64,000 nucleotides of DNA from Candidatus Bilamarchaeaceae archaeon. GTDB taxonomy: Archaea > Micrarchaeota > Micrarchaeia > Anstonellales > Bilamarchaeaceae. Positions within the stretch are counted from its first letter, which is position 1. The number at the start of each line of letters is the position of its first letter. Shown in pieces: positions 50,101 through 59,241 of the stretch. The notes beneath the pieces are model-generated. The model was not told the origin of the DNA, did no database searches, and saw nothing but the letters and a program-made list of their open reading frames with translations. Made by a program: the position numbers and the translations under genes. Location: contig JAWCKZ010000002.1 in the NCBI GenBank assembly GCA_038851325.1, positions 71,888-135,887 of the forward strand, written 5' to 3'.

Positions 50101-52005
50101 ATCAAGCGTTCCTTTACCCGTTAATATTGTTCTGAGTTCCTTTTCAATCGCTTCTATCTTTGCAGCTGCCTTGCTGTAACCGGACTTGTCGAGTATGTTA
50201 ACATCTTTGATGCACAATCCCAGCAGATCTTCCTCTGTTAGCGCGAAGTTAACACCAAGGGCTTTGTAGAGTTGTTTCATAACATACTTTATTTCATCCC
50301 TTTTGATCTCCTCTTTGATCATCTCGTACGCAGCGCTCATCTTCTCGTGTATCGCCACCTTTTGACCAAGTGGCATTCCAACAGGCGGTTTCTTAAGTTC
50401 CTTCGCAGCCCATGCCGCAAGCGTAGAGACCTTTCCTTTTTCCTCAAGCTTCTCTAGCGCTCTTGGTCCACCTACAAGTTCCATTGTTGTGCGTGCAACC
50501 CCTCTCGCTAATGTTGGGGCTTGTCTTACCATTTCCTTTGTTCCTCTAGCAAGCCATCTGCTACTTCTCACCATGGATTCGTATGAGCTCATTACAAGAG
50601 CGCTGTAAACAGTGTATCTATTTGAGCCAACGAATTTTGCAAGTCCGTTCTGCAATTTAGCATGCCACTTGCTTTTTACTCCTGGGGCCGGATGTCCTGA
50701 AAGAACATCCATTGTCTCAAGTGCTTTTTTAGTTAAAATATAATCTTTGATGTAGCCAGCCATCACTTCTTCTCTTCCACCCTTTGCTTTCATCGCAGAG
50801 AGTATCTGTTCTACTGCTTTTGCTTCGATTTCTCCGTGTGCTGACAGAGGCTTCTTGAGAACTGTGGCGAGCGCCTCTTTTTGGCCTGTCGCAGCTGCGC
50901 CATAGGCGAGCGCTTCCATTACGACGCTATCCTCCTTGCTCATCTTTGTGGCCAGTTTTCTTATTCCTGCGGCAGCCATCTGCCCAGTAGTTGTGTACCC
51001 TATCTTCTCCTTAAGCGTGCTACATGTTTTCTTTAAGAAATCTGCCGCTGCATCGCTCTTGTTTTTCATAGCCCTCTTCATCTCACCATAACCGTATGGA
51101 AGAAGAACCTGTCCACTGGCAACAAATCCTTTTGGTTGCGGCATCCTGGGCGTAGTAATGTCAAGAAGGCTCATCGGGGACTTTCCTGCAAAATACATTG
51201 AGGCAAGAAGAAGCCCTAATACCATAAATACGCCCAAGCAGAGGAAGGAATTCTCCCTAGCGGCTTTCTGAAGATGTCCTGAAACGGTGTTATATACTAT
51301 ATCAAATACACTCACAGAAACATCAGAAATCTCTACTACTTGCGGGGCTGCGGATATATAGTATCTCTGCCCGTCTATTTCAACCGCACCGCCGTTTTCT
51401 TCAGGGGGTTCGTATTCGATTAATACTCGAGCTCTTGTTCCTCTGTATACGCTCTCCGGCACTTTACATTCAGCATAATAAAGTATCGCATCTCCAGAGG
51501 CATCAGGAGTTATCAACTCTGGCTTCTGCATTTCCATGTTAGCCAACAATACTGGGATCGCTCGCGTTCCGCTATCACAACCAGGTATTGCCTGATACGT
51601 ATGCGCAATGGGGTTGTAGTAGGTAAATGCTATGGCTGCGTTCTTAACAGATTTGTAGATATACCTTTCAGGGCTTAGATAGCGCTTTGAGATGTTCATG
51701 TAGCATGCGTAGTAATCCGGATATCCAAGAGAAGCATAATCAGCGCATTCTGTTTTTATTTCGTTATACAATACATCTATCTCAACTGGTTGCATGTTAG
51801 TTGTATTCAGGATCGGAACAACAACTCCTGCCCTTATTACCTCGTTCTTTTCGCCGCTTTGCTCAACCCAGATATGTGCTCCGACTTGGACAGCACCTGT
51901 TTGCTGGTTAGTTTGCTGAGGAGTTACCTGTGCCCAAGATAGAGCGACCACTAACACAACGGCAAAAAGCCCGACAAGGGATAATATTTTTTTCATATTT
52001 ATCAA
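47167..52005 (-). CDS. Giant 1612-aa membrane protein with C-terminal zinc ribbon
   Basis: Signal peptide, TM at ~aa 254-273, long Lys/Ala-rich helical region, CARC...CRC at the C-terminus. Confidence 0.8.
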   Translation of the reverse strand: MINMKKILSLVGLFAVVLVVALSWAQVTPQQTNQQTGAVQVGAHIWVEQSGEKNEVIRAGVVVPILNTTNMQPVEIDVLYNEIKTECADYASLGYPDYYACYMNISKRYLSPERYIYKSVKNAAIAFTYYNPIAHTYQAIPGCDSGTRAIPVLLANMEMQKPELITPDASGDAILYYAECKVPESVYRGTRARVLIEYEPPEENGGAVEIDGQRYYISAAPQVVEISDVSVSVFDIVYNTVSGHLQKAARENSFLCLGVFMVLGLLLASMYFAGKSPMSLLDITTPRMPQPKGFVASGQVLLPYGYGEMKRAMKNKSDAAADFLKKTCSTLKEKIGYTTTGQMAAAGIRKLATKMSKEDSVVMEALAYGAAATGQKEALATVLKKPLSAHGEIEAKAVEQILSAMKAKGGREEVMAGYIKDYILTKKALETMDVLSGHPAPGVKSKWHAKLQNGLAKFVGSNRYTVYSALVMSSYESMVRSSRWLARGTKEMVRQAPTLARGVARTTMELVGGPRALEKLEEKGKVSTLAAWAAKELKKPPVGMPLGQKVAIHEKMSAAYEMIKEEIKRDEIKYVMKQLYKALGVNFALTEEDLLGLCIKDVNILDKSGYSKAAAKIEAIEKELRTILTGKGTLDDKLAALIALAKAHGAVIDTSLFKFNERLNEIDKMYGKEDGYIKYLMLREILAEHEKTVPAAAVNKALITDKFYTVVGRSSICGSDIWETAVLRTLLWDAENGYMKGGLKEALWRTVLEVRNRVTGLIPTSNPNELPEFIRANISELKKIEASNKAMLLALMTDAGKKALAKSINGPAESASVKQIIDMLYGIGRVPKDFEKLKEDRLGRVACFGEPKEVGPAKEWFKLDMKRPWVGELKPAEGYAIAQWVESRFTRSNISPYKASIEAELNRRPGSAKWSVEERTYNAKREWVLEQIRQDCEQRFNSQFAPDAYGKFGERANFYVGILLGFYEKAMKDKGLLENHPDLNRVKAMSTSDVGQLKIFREEIVQKYKKEFMAELKKGVTFDDILTSSRPLVQLYEGDFAYYRKGMPLSIADKVYGDVALRDNKGQWRKFVPEDVVIQFKGRPDLQAEFSKLKEKGPGADWDVFINAVKKWKGENGYDYEREKIFAALVMQHGRSTSDYQKYWRDTALEIKPVREVTEIAPQTFRMLGMNENEKARWLMTAWRNLKTDLGAYAVKTTLMGAGPVFDASYDIVPQTEYLRQHSYRLAANFYTKKWEDWKDMSAAEKSAYRNVVATHFPYHHAWEWCIDRGVRTTASQGLLQVTEHFFHHGPGHLLGGIKEYVRATMTGGEWAGFYALYGWPMDLASKVHKPFVNMFRSFQVAAHGSPSRWDNLADSYEPFRYTEPRLREMMSAPLHLIVGNGKLAKLKTWQTTAEQRHTAGAEIMGGLRQSPSDFFFRRTGVYAYARVGEANPGASYYTHRYELKLDEALASYLWRNRDAAYIADREIQEQAMRSTIRRTVAAEALAMKFDQEIRHFGIAQNPIYGWFNPFMFAWHMPLPAFPTSMTIRDAVGRYAEKRKYGVSASWDVRIADMATQIKDGLWRAATPHKAGSHVWCARCGTPHMRGERCRCGATIYSDKINKHTWAYMAAA

Positions 52006-52097
52006 CTCTGAAAATATTCGCCCCTCAAGTCCTTTTTAAATATTTCGATTTTAGAAAGATTTAAAACTACAAATACTACAATATATGTAGTGATTAC

Positions 52098-53123
52098 ATG
52101 AAGAATAACCCTTTCTTACCATGGAAAATAACAGAAAATATCATAGGGATGAGGGAAGAGCGTAGACTTTTGTCAGTTTTTCTTGATAGACTTTTCAGCG
52201 GAAAGGCAGGTATTGCGGTATGCAGGGGACCACCCGGTACAGGGAAAACTACTCTTCTCAAACTTGCACAAGCACAGGGAAAAGGGGCAGGAGCCCTTTC
52301 TGCATTCGTTAAGGCAGGAAAAAGAGAAAAGGAGAGTAGTATAGTGCGGGCCCTTAAGGCGGAATTCGAGAGCGAATTATCAAAGCTTTCAGAAGGCGGC
52401 GATCTTGCGCCTTCAAAAGTGCGGTTGTTTTCGCAGGAGGGTGTTGGTACATTCAATCAGTTGTTCTCTGCTATAGGAAAAATAGTTGGTAGAATGCCCA
52501 TACTCATTATAGTAGACGACATAGATCTTGCGCAACATCCAATCGAGATTTTGAGAAGTATAGCTAAAGATACAGAAAAGTACTCAGCGGCCGTAATCGT
52601 TTCAACGACAAAGAGCATAATCCTTCCGCCAGGAGCGTTTCTCATCGAACTTAGGCCAGTTCGCGAGGAGGAATTTAGAGTTTATGTTGAAGAAAACACG
52701 AGAAAAGGTATCAGGCTCGGGGAGGAGTGCCTAAAGGCGATCTACGCAGACAGCGGTGGAAATCCAAAAGTGATACAGTTTGTGTTGTGGCAACTTTATG
52801 ACGCGGCAAAGGAGACCGATAAGGTAATAACGCGTGCGCATTACACAGCAAACATCCGGAATGCGCTTGCGCTTCTTTCACACGAGTGGTTTAGTAAGCA
52901 ATATTTTGAGGCGTCAGACGAGGAGAAGCGCATCTTAAGACGGCTTGCGCAGGTTGGAGAAGCAAGCGTGACAGAGCTTGCTATTGCGCTCAGGAAAAGG
53001 CCAGGGCCTGTTGCCACGTTATTGCTTCGGCTGGAGGCGCGTGGGGACATCTTGAAAGTGGCGCGTGGGCGATATAAGGTCTTCTGTCCTTTGTATGCGA
53101 AGTTTATTCTGGAAAGGAGTTAG
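52098..53123 (+). CDS. Archaeal AAA ATPase with C-terminal winged helix
   Basis: [22 protein letters not shown]-terminal HTH. Confidence 0.85.
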   Translation: MKNNPFLPWKITENIIGMREERRLLSVFLDRLFSGKAGIAVCRGPPGTGKTTLLKLAQAQGKGAGALSAFVKAGKREKESSIVRALKAEFESELSKLSEGGDLAPSKVRLFSQEGVGTFNQLFSAIGKIVGRMPILIIVDDIDLAQHPIEILRSIAKDTEKYSAAVIVSTTKSIILPPGAFLIELRPVREEEFRVYVEENTRKGIRLGEECLKAIYADSGGNPKVIQFVLWQLYDAAKETDKVITRAHYTANIRNALALLSHEWFSKQYFEASDEEKRILRRLAQVGEASVTELAIALRKRPGPVATLLLRLEARGDILKVARGRYKVFCPLYAKFILERS

Positions 53124-53649
53124 AAATAGATGCGTACACTCCTTCCTGCCAATCTTCCTCAAAAATTTTCATAAATTCATCAGCAAGAGTATTACGAAGG
53201 ATAAGGGAGACCTCTCTATTCTGATAAAGTGCAGAATGGCTGAGGTTGTGTGAACCAACTAGCACGTCAGTGCCATCTCGGATTATGAATTTTGTGTGAT
53301 AGGTTTTGCACCCTACCCCGAATTTCACAGGAATGCCGGCAGCCGAAAGTCTTTCCAGAACCCAAGTATTTTCTTCTTTGTAAGGGCCACGATCAACGAT
53401 TACCCTAACATCAACTCCCCTTCTCTTTGCTTCTATGAGCGCATTCGTCACCTCCGTTGAGGAGATGAAGTATACCTCAACATCGAGCGATTGCCGTGCG
53501 CCATCTATGAAGTCAAGTATTTCCCTTCCGTTTTCCGGAGATACAACAATATGCAGAGAGTAAAATGCACCGTGGGCGAAAAAACCGAGAATGAATCCAA
53601 GCGCTATGCAGAACGGAATGAGGAGGTACAGGAATTGTCTTCTGTTCAA
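53104..53649 (-). CDS. Phospholipase D/Nuc-family protein (single HKD), exported or membrane-anchored
   Basis: HTKFIIRD...VGSHN...NRE; N-terminal RRQFL plus hydrophobic helix. Confidence 0.88.
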   Translation of the reverse strand: MNRRQFLYLLIPFCIALGFILGFFAHGAFYSLHIVVSPENGREILDFIDGARQSLDVEVYFISSTEVTNALIEAKRRGVDVRVIVDRGPYKEENTWVLERLSAAGIPVKFGVGCKTYHTKFIIRDGTDVLVGSHNLSHSALYQNREVSLILRNTLADEFMKIFEEDWQEGVYASISNSFPE

Positions 53650-54977
53650 AGGACTACCTCCTTCAGTTCTCTTTCAATCTCGCCGTTATCTTTCAGGCTG
53701 TACGTAATGTGAAGAACAGGGGTATCTATGGTTATAACCCGCTTGAGATTCACCGGTGTTCCTGAAACAACAATCTCAGCCCCGCTTCTTCTTATGGTTT
53801 CTTCGAGGTCTTTTAATTGTTCACCGTAATATCCCATTGCAGGAAGAACATCTTTCAGATGCGTGTACTTCTCAAAGGTTTCCTTTATGCTTCCCACTGC
53901 GTGATCCTTTGGGCTTATTATAGCAGCACCATGCTCTTTTGCGTACTTGTACGCTGCACCAAAACCCATCTCACCGTGCGTCACCGTCGGTCCGTCTTCC
54001 ACCGCGATGACCTTCTTTCCTGAGATATCGATTTCCTCGTCAGGAGTAAGCACAAGCTCGGTTTGCACAATTCGTGCATTTGGATTCGCTTTCTCTGCAT
54101 TTTCCATTATCGATTTTGCTCCTTCGGGATTTTCGCTGGCTTTGTTGACGACGAGCACATCCGCCATCCTGAAATTCGTTTCGCCAGGATAGTACTTCAT
54201 CTCATGTCCTGCACGAAGCGCATCTGCGACTACAAAAAGTAAATCTGGCCTATAAAACGGGAAATCGTTGTTTCCTCCATCCCAAATGATGATATCTGCT
54301 TCTTTTTCAGCCTTACGAAGAATTTTTTCGTAGTCGATACCGGCGTAAACAACAACACCATTGCTTATATGCGGCTCGTACTCCTCGCGCTCCTCGATAG
54401 TGCACTGATGCCTGTCAAGGTCCTCGAGCCTTGCAAATCGCTGGACTCTTTGCTTTGCAAGGTCGCCGTAGGGCATTGGATGACGAACAACGACAACCCG
54501 CTTTCCCATTCCTTTCAGCGTGGTTGCTATCTTTTTTGTGAGTGGACTTTTTCCGCTACCGGTCCGAACTGCGCATACTGCTATCACGGGCTTATTGCTT
54601 TTCAGCATCGTATCGTTTGGACCAAGGAGCACAAATGATGCACCACTTGCTTGCACACGCGATGCAAGGTGCATTACGTGCTCGTGCGAGACGTCGGAGT
54701 ATGAAAAATACACCTCATCAACTTTATACTCATCAATCAAACTTTCGAGTTCTTTTTCATCGTAAATCTCGATGCCGTTAGGATAAAATCGACCTGAAAG
54801 ACTCTGTGGATACTTCCTTTCAGCAATGTTTGGTATCTGTGTAGCAGTGAATCCAACTACGTTATATCTCTTGTTTTTTCTAAAGAAAACATTGAAGTTA
54901 TGAAAATCGCGTCCTGCGGCTCCAAGTATAAGAACATTCCTTCTTCTAATGCGCTTGGTTGCTTGCTCCTTAGCCAT
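53646..54977 (-). CDS. COG2403-type P-loop protein (cDPG-synthetase/arginine synthetase ArcE-like)
   Basis: ILGAAGRDFHNFN, AVRTGSGKS, RHPMPYG, TIEEREEYEPH, WDGGNND, VEDGPT, LPAMGY. Confidence 0.8.
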   Translation of the reverse strand: MAKEQATKRIRRRNVLILGAAGRDFHNFNVFFRKNKRYNVVGFTATQIPNIAERKYPQSLSGRFYPNGIEIYDEKELESLIDEYKVDEVYFSYSDVSHEHVMHLASRVQASGASFVLLGPNDTMLKSNKPVIAVCAVRTGSGKSPLTKKIATTLKGMGKRVVVVRHPMPYGDLAKQRVQRFARLEDLDRHQCTIEEREEYEPHISNGVVVYAGIDYEKILRKAEKEADIIIWDGGNNDFPFYRPDLLFVVADALRAGHEMKYYPGETNFRMADVLVVNKASENPEGAKSIMENAEKANPNARIVQTELVLTPDEEIDISGKKVIAVEDGPTVTHGEMGFGAAYKYAKEHGAAIISPKDHAVGSIKETFEKYTHLKDVLPAMGYYGEQLKDLEETIRRSGAEIVVSGTPVNLKRVITIDTPVLHITYSLKDNGEIERELKEVVL

Positions 54978-54980
54978 TTC

Positions 54981-55718
54981 TTATTCCCCTCCATAGACCT
55001 TTAGAATATACATGAATGCGAGTGCTACAAAGAAAACTATCAGACCGACTAACTTTTTTACACCTTTCTCTTTGTGTAACTCTGGAATGAGATCAGACGC
55101 AGCTATGTAAACAAAACCTCCTGCTGCAAACGGTAGAGTGTATGTTACCAGCCACTCCGCGCTTTCTACAAATATATACCCGATGACTCCACCAATTAAG
55201 CAGGTAGCTTGGGCAAAGAGCGCGCGAGTGAGAGCGATTTCTTTCTTTACGCCCCCATGGACTTGTACACCAAATATGCCAAGCTCCTGCGGCAGTTCGT
55301 GCGCAAGGACTGCAAGGGTAGTTGCGATGCCAAGCGGAATGCTTGCAATGAATGTGACTGCGACAACAACACCATCTATAATGTTATGGATGCCATCACC
55401 TATCAGCACAAGTTGTGTGAATGGGTGAATATCGCATCTTTCGCAAGAGTGCCAATGGAGATAGGTTTCAAGAATGAGAAATACAACGAATCCACAGATG
55501 ATCAATATCGAGGCCTCAAAGATAGGGAGATTCGCCATTGCCTCCGGTAGCAGATGAAGAAATCCACCGCCGATGAGTGCGCCTGCTGAGAATGCAACGA
55601 GAAGATAGGATAGTGCTCTGAGTCTTTCTTCGTTTTTTATCCAGAGCGCAAGCAAACCTGCCGCGCCTAAGACAGAATTCAAAAGAAGTGCACCCATTAT
55701 CCAAAAAAACACATCCAT
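54981..55718 (-). CDS. ZIP family metal transporter
   Basis: HLLPEA, HWH, GDGIHNIIDG, HELPQELG, DLIPE. Confidence 0.93.
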   Translation of the reverse strand: MDVFFWIMGALLLNSVLGAAGLLALWIKNEERLRALSYLLVAFSAGALIGGGFLHLLPEAMANLPIFEASILIICGFVVFLILETYLHWHSCERCDIHPFTQLVLIGDGIHNIIDGVVVAVTFIASIPLGIATTLAVLAHELPQELGIFGVQVHGGVKKEIALTRALFAQATCLIGGVIGYIFVESAEWLVTYTLPFAAGGFVYIAASDLIPELHKEKGVKKLVGLIVFFVALAFMYILKVYGGE

Positions 55719-55776
55719 GCTTCGTCACCTTTGGTCTTTAAAATGCATTATTTGAAATACACATATGTATTAAAGT

Positions 55777-56856
55777 CTAATCGATTACTCCCTTTCCCTC
55801 ATATAACATCCTTAGCATTTTTGTAGTCTTTTTGTATACTTTTGAAAATCTTATCCTTACTCTGTTTCTCTCTTTTCTTTTGAATATGACCTTAACCTCG
55901 ACCTCTTTTCCGATATGTGCGCGAATTCTATCAAAGATGCTTTCATCACTCACTACTATTTCAAATTCCTCTTCTACATCTCTTCCCTCAGAGACATCCT
56001 TTATCGCTCTACTAAGCCCAGAATAAAAGGCATTCCCAAGCAGTTCAGCGTGTTTCCTTTGCTCGAGTTTGAATTCATTAATAAAATATGCTGAGCGAAG
56101 AATCCTTTGGTAGAAAAAGCCACCGGGCATGTCAAAGAATGTGTATGCGCATTTCTCGATATCCTCTACATCAGCGAATGGGGTTACGAACTTTACTACA
56201 TCTGTCCTATCAGCGCTCTTTATCACGATTCCCTCTCTCTTTCCTCTATTCAGGTTCTCTGCTATTTTTTTTACGATGGCTATCTGACTTTTATCAAAGC
56301 GACCAAGCAATGAAGCCGGTTTTAATCCAAACTTCTTTAAGATAGAATACTTTTGAAGAGGTGGCAGATATCCATTTCCGTTATCCACATCGAATATAAA
56401 AAGCGCAATATCAAACTTCTCTGTTGGTGGAGTGTAAGGCGTATTTCCTATCATCTCTGCGCAGAGCACATAGTCCGGGTATGTCTCAAAAAAAGCGCAG
56501 ATAGTCGGCATCTCTCTAACCTTTTCTGTTGCAAAGGGATCGAGATATCCTCCTCTTGTAAAGGCGAAAGGCTTTCCAGATACCGATGCTATTCTCAGAT
56601 TATATCCATCTATCTTTTCTTCGACATAAAAAATATTAGACCGTATATTTCTGGTTATTCCTGTCTCAAGCCTAAATATTCTTTTTATGTGCGGGTATCC
56701 CCATATGATTGCCCCACGGGTTATTACCGTACCTCGTTCTATTCCTTTGTGTGGCTTTGCAAATCTTATATATTCTATTTCTTCATTACGTTTCTCTGCT
56801 CGTCCACGCGCTATAGCCTTTTCAACTTCCTCCTTTTTTATTTCACCACGGAACAT
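55777..56856 (-). CDS. ATP-dependent RNA ligase (archaeal Rnl3/Pab1020 family)
   Basis: GYPHIKRI, EEKIDGYNLR, TRGGYLDPF, FIFD, REGIVIK. Confidence 0.9.
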   Translation of the reverse strand: MFRGEIKKEEVEKAIARGRAEKRNEEIEYIRFAKPHKGIERGTVITRGAIIWGYPHIKRIFRLETGITRNIRSNIFYVEEKIDGYNLRIASVSGKPFAFTRGGYLDPFATEKVREMPTICAFFETYPDYVLCAEMIGNTPYTPPTEKFDIALFIFDVDNGNGYLPPLQKYSILKKFGLKPASLLGRFDKSQIAIVKKIAENLNRGKREGIVIKSADRTDVVKFVTPFADVEDIEKCAYTFFDMPGGFFYQRILRSAYFINEFKLEQRKHAELLGNAFYSGLSRAIKDVSEGRDVEEEFEIVVSDESIFDRIRAHIGKEVEVKVIFKRKERNRVRIRFSKVYKKTTKMLRMLYEGKGVID

Positions 56857-57355
56857 TTTTCAACCCCAGTTTATTTGCAATAAAGTTTGTTGCAGGATGA
56901 AGAAGGATTGTCAGGACGAACATGAATGCCAGGTTTTCAAATGCGTAAAGTGCACTGTTGACGAATGGATAGACAAATAGAAGTGCAAGCGCGAGGAACA
57001 CTATACTGTCAAGCAAGAACGGTTTTCCACTGTCCACTCCGAACCTTCTTTTTACAAAACTTCCAAGTGAATCCCCAGCCATCGTACCAAACGAAAGCGC
57101 AAGGGCACCGAACATCTGCGCCTCTTTTGTGGAGAAGAACTCGAGAGAGTGAAAATCTGCTATGAGTATCCCGGCGAGCGTGCCGCAAACGATACCAGCG
57201 ATAAATCCCCTTATTGTCTTTCCGTTGCCGAGAAGTCTTTTTCCATCAATGAAATTTTTTCCAAGGTCAAGCGGAGTTCCGCCTCCGAGTAGCACGGGAC
57301 TACTGTTTGCTATATAAATCGGGATGAGAAATACAAGAAGCGATATAACATTCAT
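56843..57355 (-). CDS. carS: CDP-archaeol synthase
   Basis: PIYIANS, PLDLG, GKTIRG, GDSLGSFVKRR, KNVPW. Confidence 0.93.
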   Translation of the reverse strand: MNVISLLVFLIPIYIANSSPVLLGGGTPLDLGKNFIDGKRLLGNGKTIRGFIAGIVCGTLAGILIADFHSLEFFSTKEAQMFGALALSFGTMAGDSLGSFVKRRFGVDSGKPFLLDSIVFLALALLFVYPFVNSALYAFENLAFMFVLTILLHPATNFIANKLGLKNVPW

Positions 57356-57356
57356 G

Positions 57357-58322
57357 CTAACTCTTTGCAGAATATATTTTTAATGCCTCTGGCACTGCCG
57401 GCAGATGAAGGAGCGTTGTCTTGAATCTTGTGACAAGCGCGAACAGCATGGCAGTTGCTGGTTCCACGCCGAAAACGGAGAGCACGAATACGTTCGCACC
57501 TTCACTCAGGCCGAGTCCTGCGATGGTCGTCGAAGGCACGAATTCAAGCATTGTTACGAGCGGCTGAAGAAAGAAATAGAAAATCAATTCTGGAAAGTCG
57601 ATTTGTAACGTTATTCCAACCGCCTTTGCAACAGCATACCATGAAAGTGCCTTGAAAGTCCAACTGAATGCTATCATAAAAATTATGAATCCGCTTTTTC
57701 TCACAATAGTTGACGAATTTTGTTGCATTCTTGTTGTTATTCCGTAGAGTTTTGATAGAAACGGAACTTTTTCCAGAAATGAAAAAGCGCTCACAAAACG
57801 TTTTGAAAAGAGCGCGAGGAGCATCACAGCGATGAAGCAGACCATAACAACAGCGCCAAGCATGAGCATCCATGGATTCTCCGTTCTAAGGACGTAAAAC
57901 GCGATGTAAAAGATTGCGATTGTTCCGCCGATAAGTTTCGTGGCAAAATCAAAAATCTGCGGGCCGAATATGGAAAGCATTGCCTTCTCTGACTTTATTC
58001 CATAATTCAGCCTCATGGTTGCAGCAGTTGCAAAGTATCCTGTCCTTGCAGGCGTAAAATCAGCTGCGAGCATGCCAACAAAATGGCATTTAAGAATGTC
58101 GACAAAGCTGGGGTTTTCGCCCATATCTTTCAGCAGCACCTCTATTCTATACGCCATTACCAAATCCATAAGAAAAAGGAATAGAATGGCAAGAAACAGA
58201 TAAAATAAATCTATCCTCGCTGCCTGCTCAAGCACCTTCCACACATCGACGAGGTACAGCAGCGCTGCTACCAGCACTGCGGAAATTATTATATTAGCGA
58301 TAATAAACGTTTGTTTTTTCAT
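57357..58322 (-). CDS. Lysylphosphatidylglycerol-synthase TM / UPF0104 flippase-like membrane protein
   Basis: TPARTG, IFD, PSTTIAGLGLSE; multiple TMs. Confidence 0.75.
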   Translation of the reverse strand: MKKQTFIIANIIISAVLVAALLYLVDVWKVLEQAARIDLFYLFLAILFLFLMDLVMAYRIEVLLKDMGENPSFVDILKCHFVGMLAADFTPARTGYFATAATMRLNYGIKSEKAMLSIFGPQIFDFATKLIGGTIAIFYIAFYVLRTENPWMLMLGAVVMVCFIAVMLLALFSKRFVSAFSFLEKVPFLSKLYGITTRMQQNSSTIVRKSGFIIFMIAFSWTFKALSWYAVAKAVGITLQIDFPELIFYFFLQPLVTMLEFVPSTTIAGLGLSEGANVFVLSVFGVEPATAMLFALVTRFKTTLLHLPAVPEALKIYSAKS

Positions 58323-58325
58323 CTT

Positions 58326-59222
58326 CTAACTCTTTAAAGTGTAGGCCATGAGAGGAGCAAATGCCATAGAAAGAAGACCGATGTAGAACGCCACGTATAA
58401 GCCTACTACCAGACCGATTATTACTATAATCGGTGAAAATACGGTTATTATTGCCTGTGGCATGTCGATGCCATGTGCGAGCCTGATTGCCTTATACTGC
58501 AGGTATAAACAGTAGAAGCCTATCAGCGTTCTTATCGGCCCTGCGATTATGTTAAGGCAGGGGACAAACCCCAGGAAGACGAACGGGATCCCCGCGGCAG
58601 TTGCGGATGCAGATGCAAGTGCTATCAGGTATGCATGCGCTCTGAAATCCGCTTTTCCGCCAAGCAGTTTCGCAACCACGTACTGCACTCCAGAAACAAA
58701 GAGCCACGATATTATTGGGAGTGCGAAGTACAGGACAAGTCCTATGATAATTGCAACTATACTCATTGCTATTAGTATTGGGAGCCCAAGCCCCTTCGTT
58801 GCCATGGTGAGAAGAATGGTGAGCGGCAGCGTCATGAGCCAGAAGTATGCCAGGATTATCAGAATCACGATAAATTCGAGCAGCAGCGGGATAAGGGCAG
58901 CAACAAAAACATCCTTCGCGCCCCTCTTCACACTTTTGTTTTTTATTTCCTCGGCAAGCGTCTTTGTCGGATGGAAGAAGACCTCTTTCCAAATTTTCAG
59001 TCGATCATACCCGATAGACGCTACGATTCTGTCAGCATATTCTTCAAGCTGGTCCTGGAAGTTTTTCTCTTTCTTAACTTCACCAGGATCAGCACTTTCA
59101 TGCGTACTTTCGTGCGTCTCCAGTTTGCTCTCCTCGTGCATAGTTTTTTTCTCGTTAGCAATATTCCCCTTCTCAATATTTATTCTCCTTGGCATATTAA
59201 TCATCTTCTTTAAGCGATTCAA
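58326..59222 (-). CDS. Yip1 family membrane protein
   Basis: VFFHPTKT, AKLLGGKADF, AIRLAHG; about five TMs; start uncertain. Confidence 0.8.
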   Translation of the reverse strand: MNRLKKMINMPRRINIEKGNIANEKKTMHEESKLETHESTHESADPGEVKKEKNFQDQLEEYADRIVASIGYDRLKIWKEVFFHPTKTLAEEIKNKSVKRGAKDVFVAALIPLLLEFIVILIILAYFWLMTLPLTILLTMATKGLGLPILIAMSIVAIIIGLVLYFALPIISWLFVSGVQYVVAKLLGGKADFRAHAYLIALASASATAAGIPFVFLGFVPCLNIIAGPIRTLIGFYCLYLQYKAIRLAHGIDMPQAIITVFSPIIVIIGLVVGLYVAFYIGLLSMAFAPLMAYTLKS

Positions 59223-59241
59223 AATCGCTCAGGTCTAAAAA

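Noticed and set aside
58549..59238. 229-aa + strand ORF and the many other antisense ORFs in the track
   Set aside because: They overlap well-supported genes on the opposite strand and have no motifs of their own.
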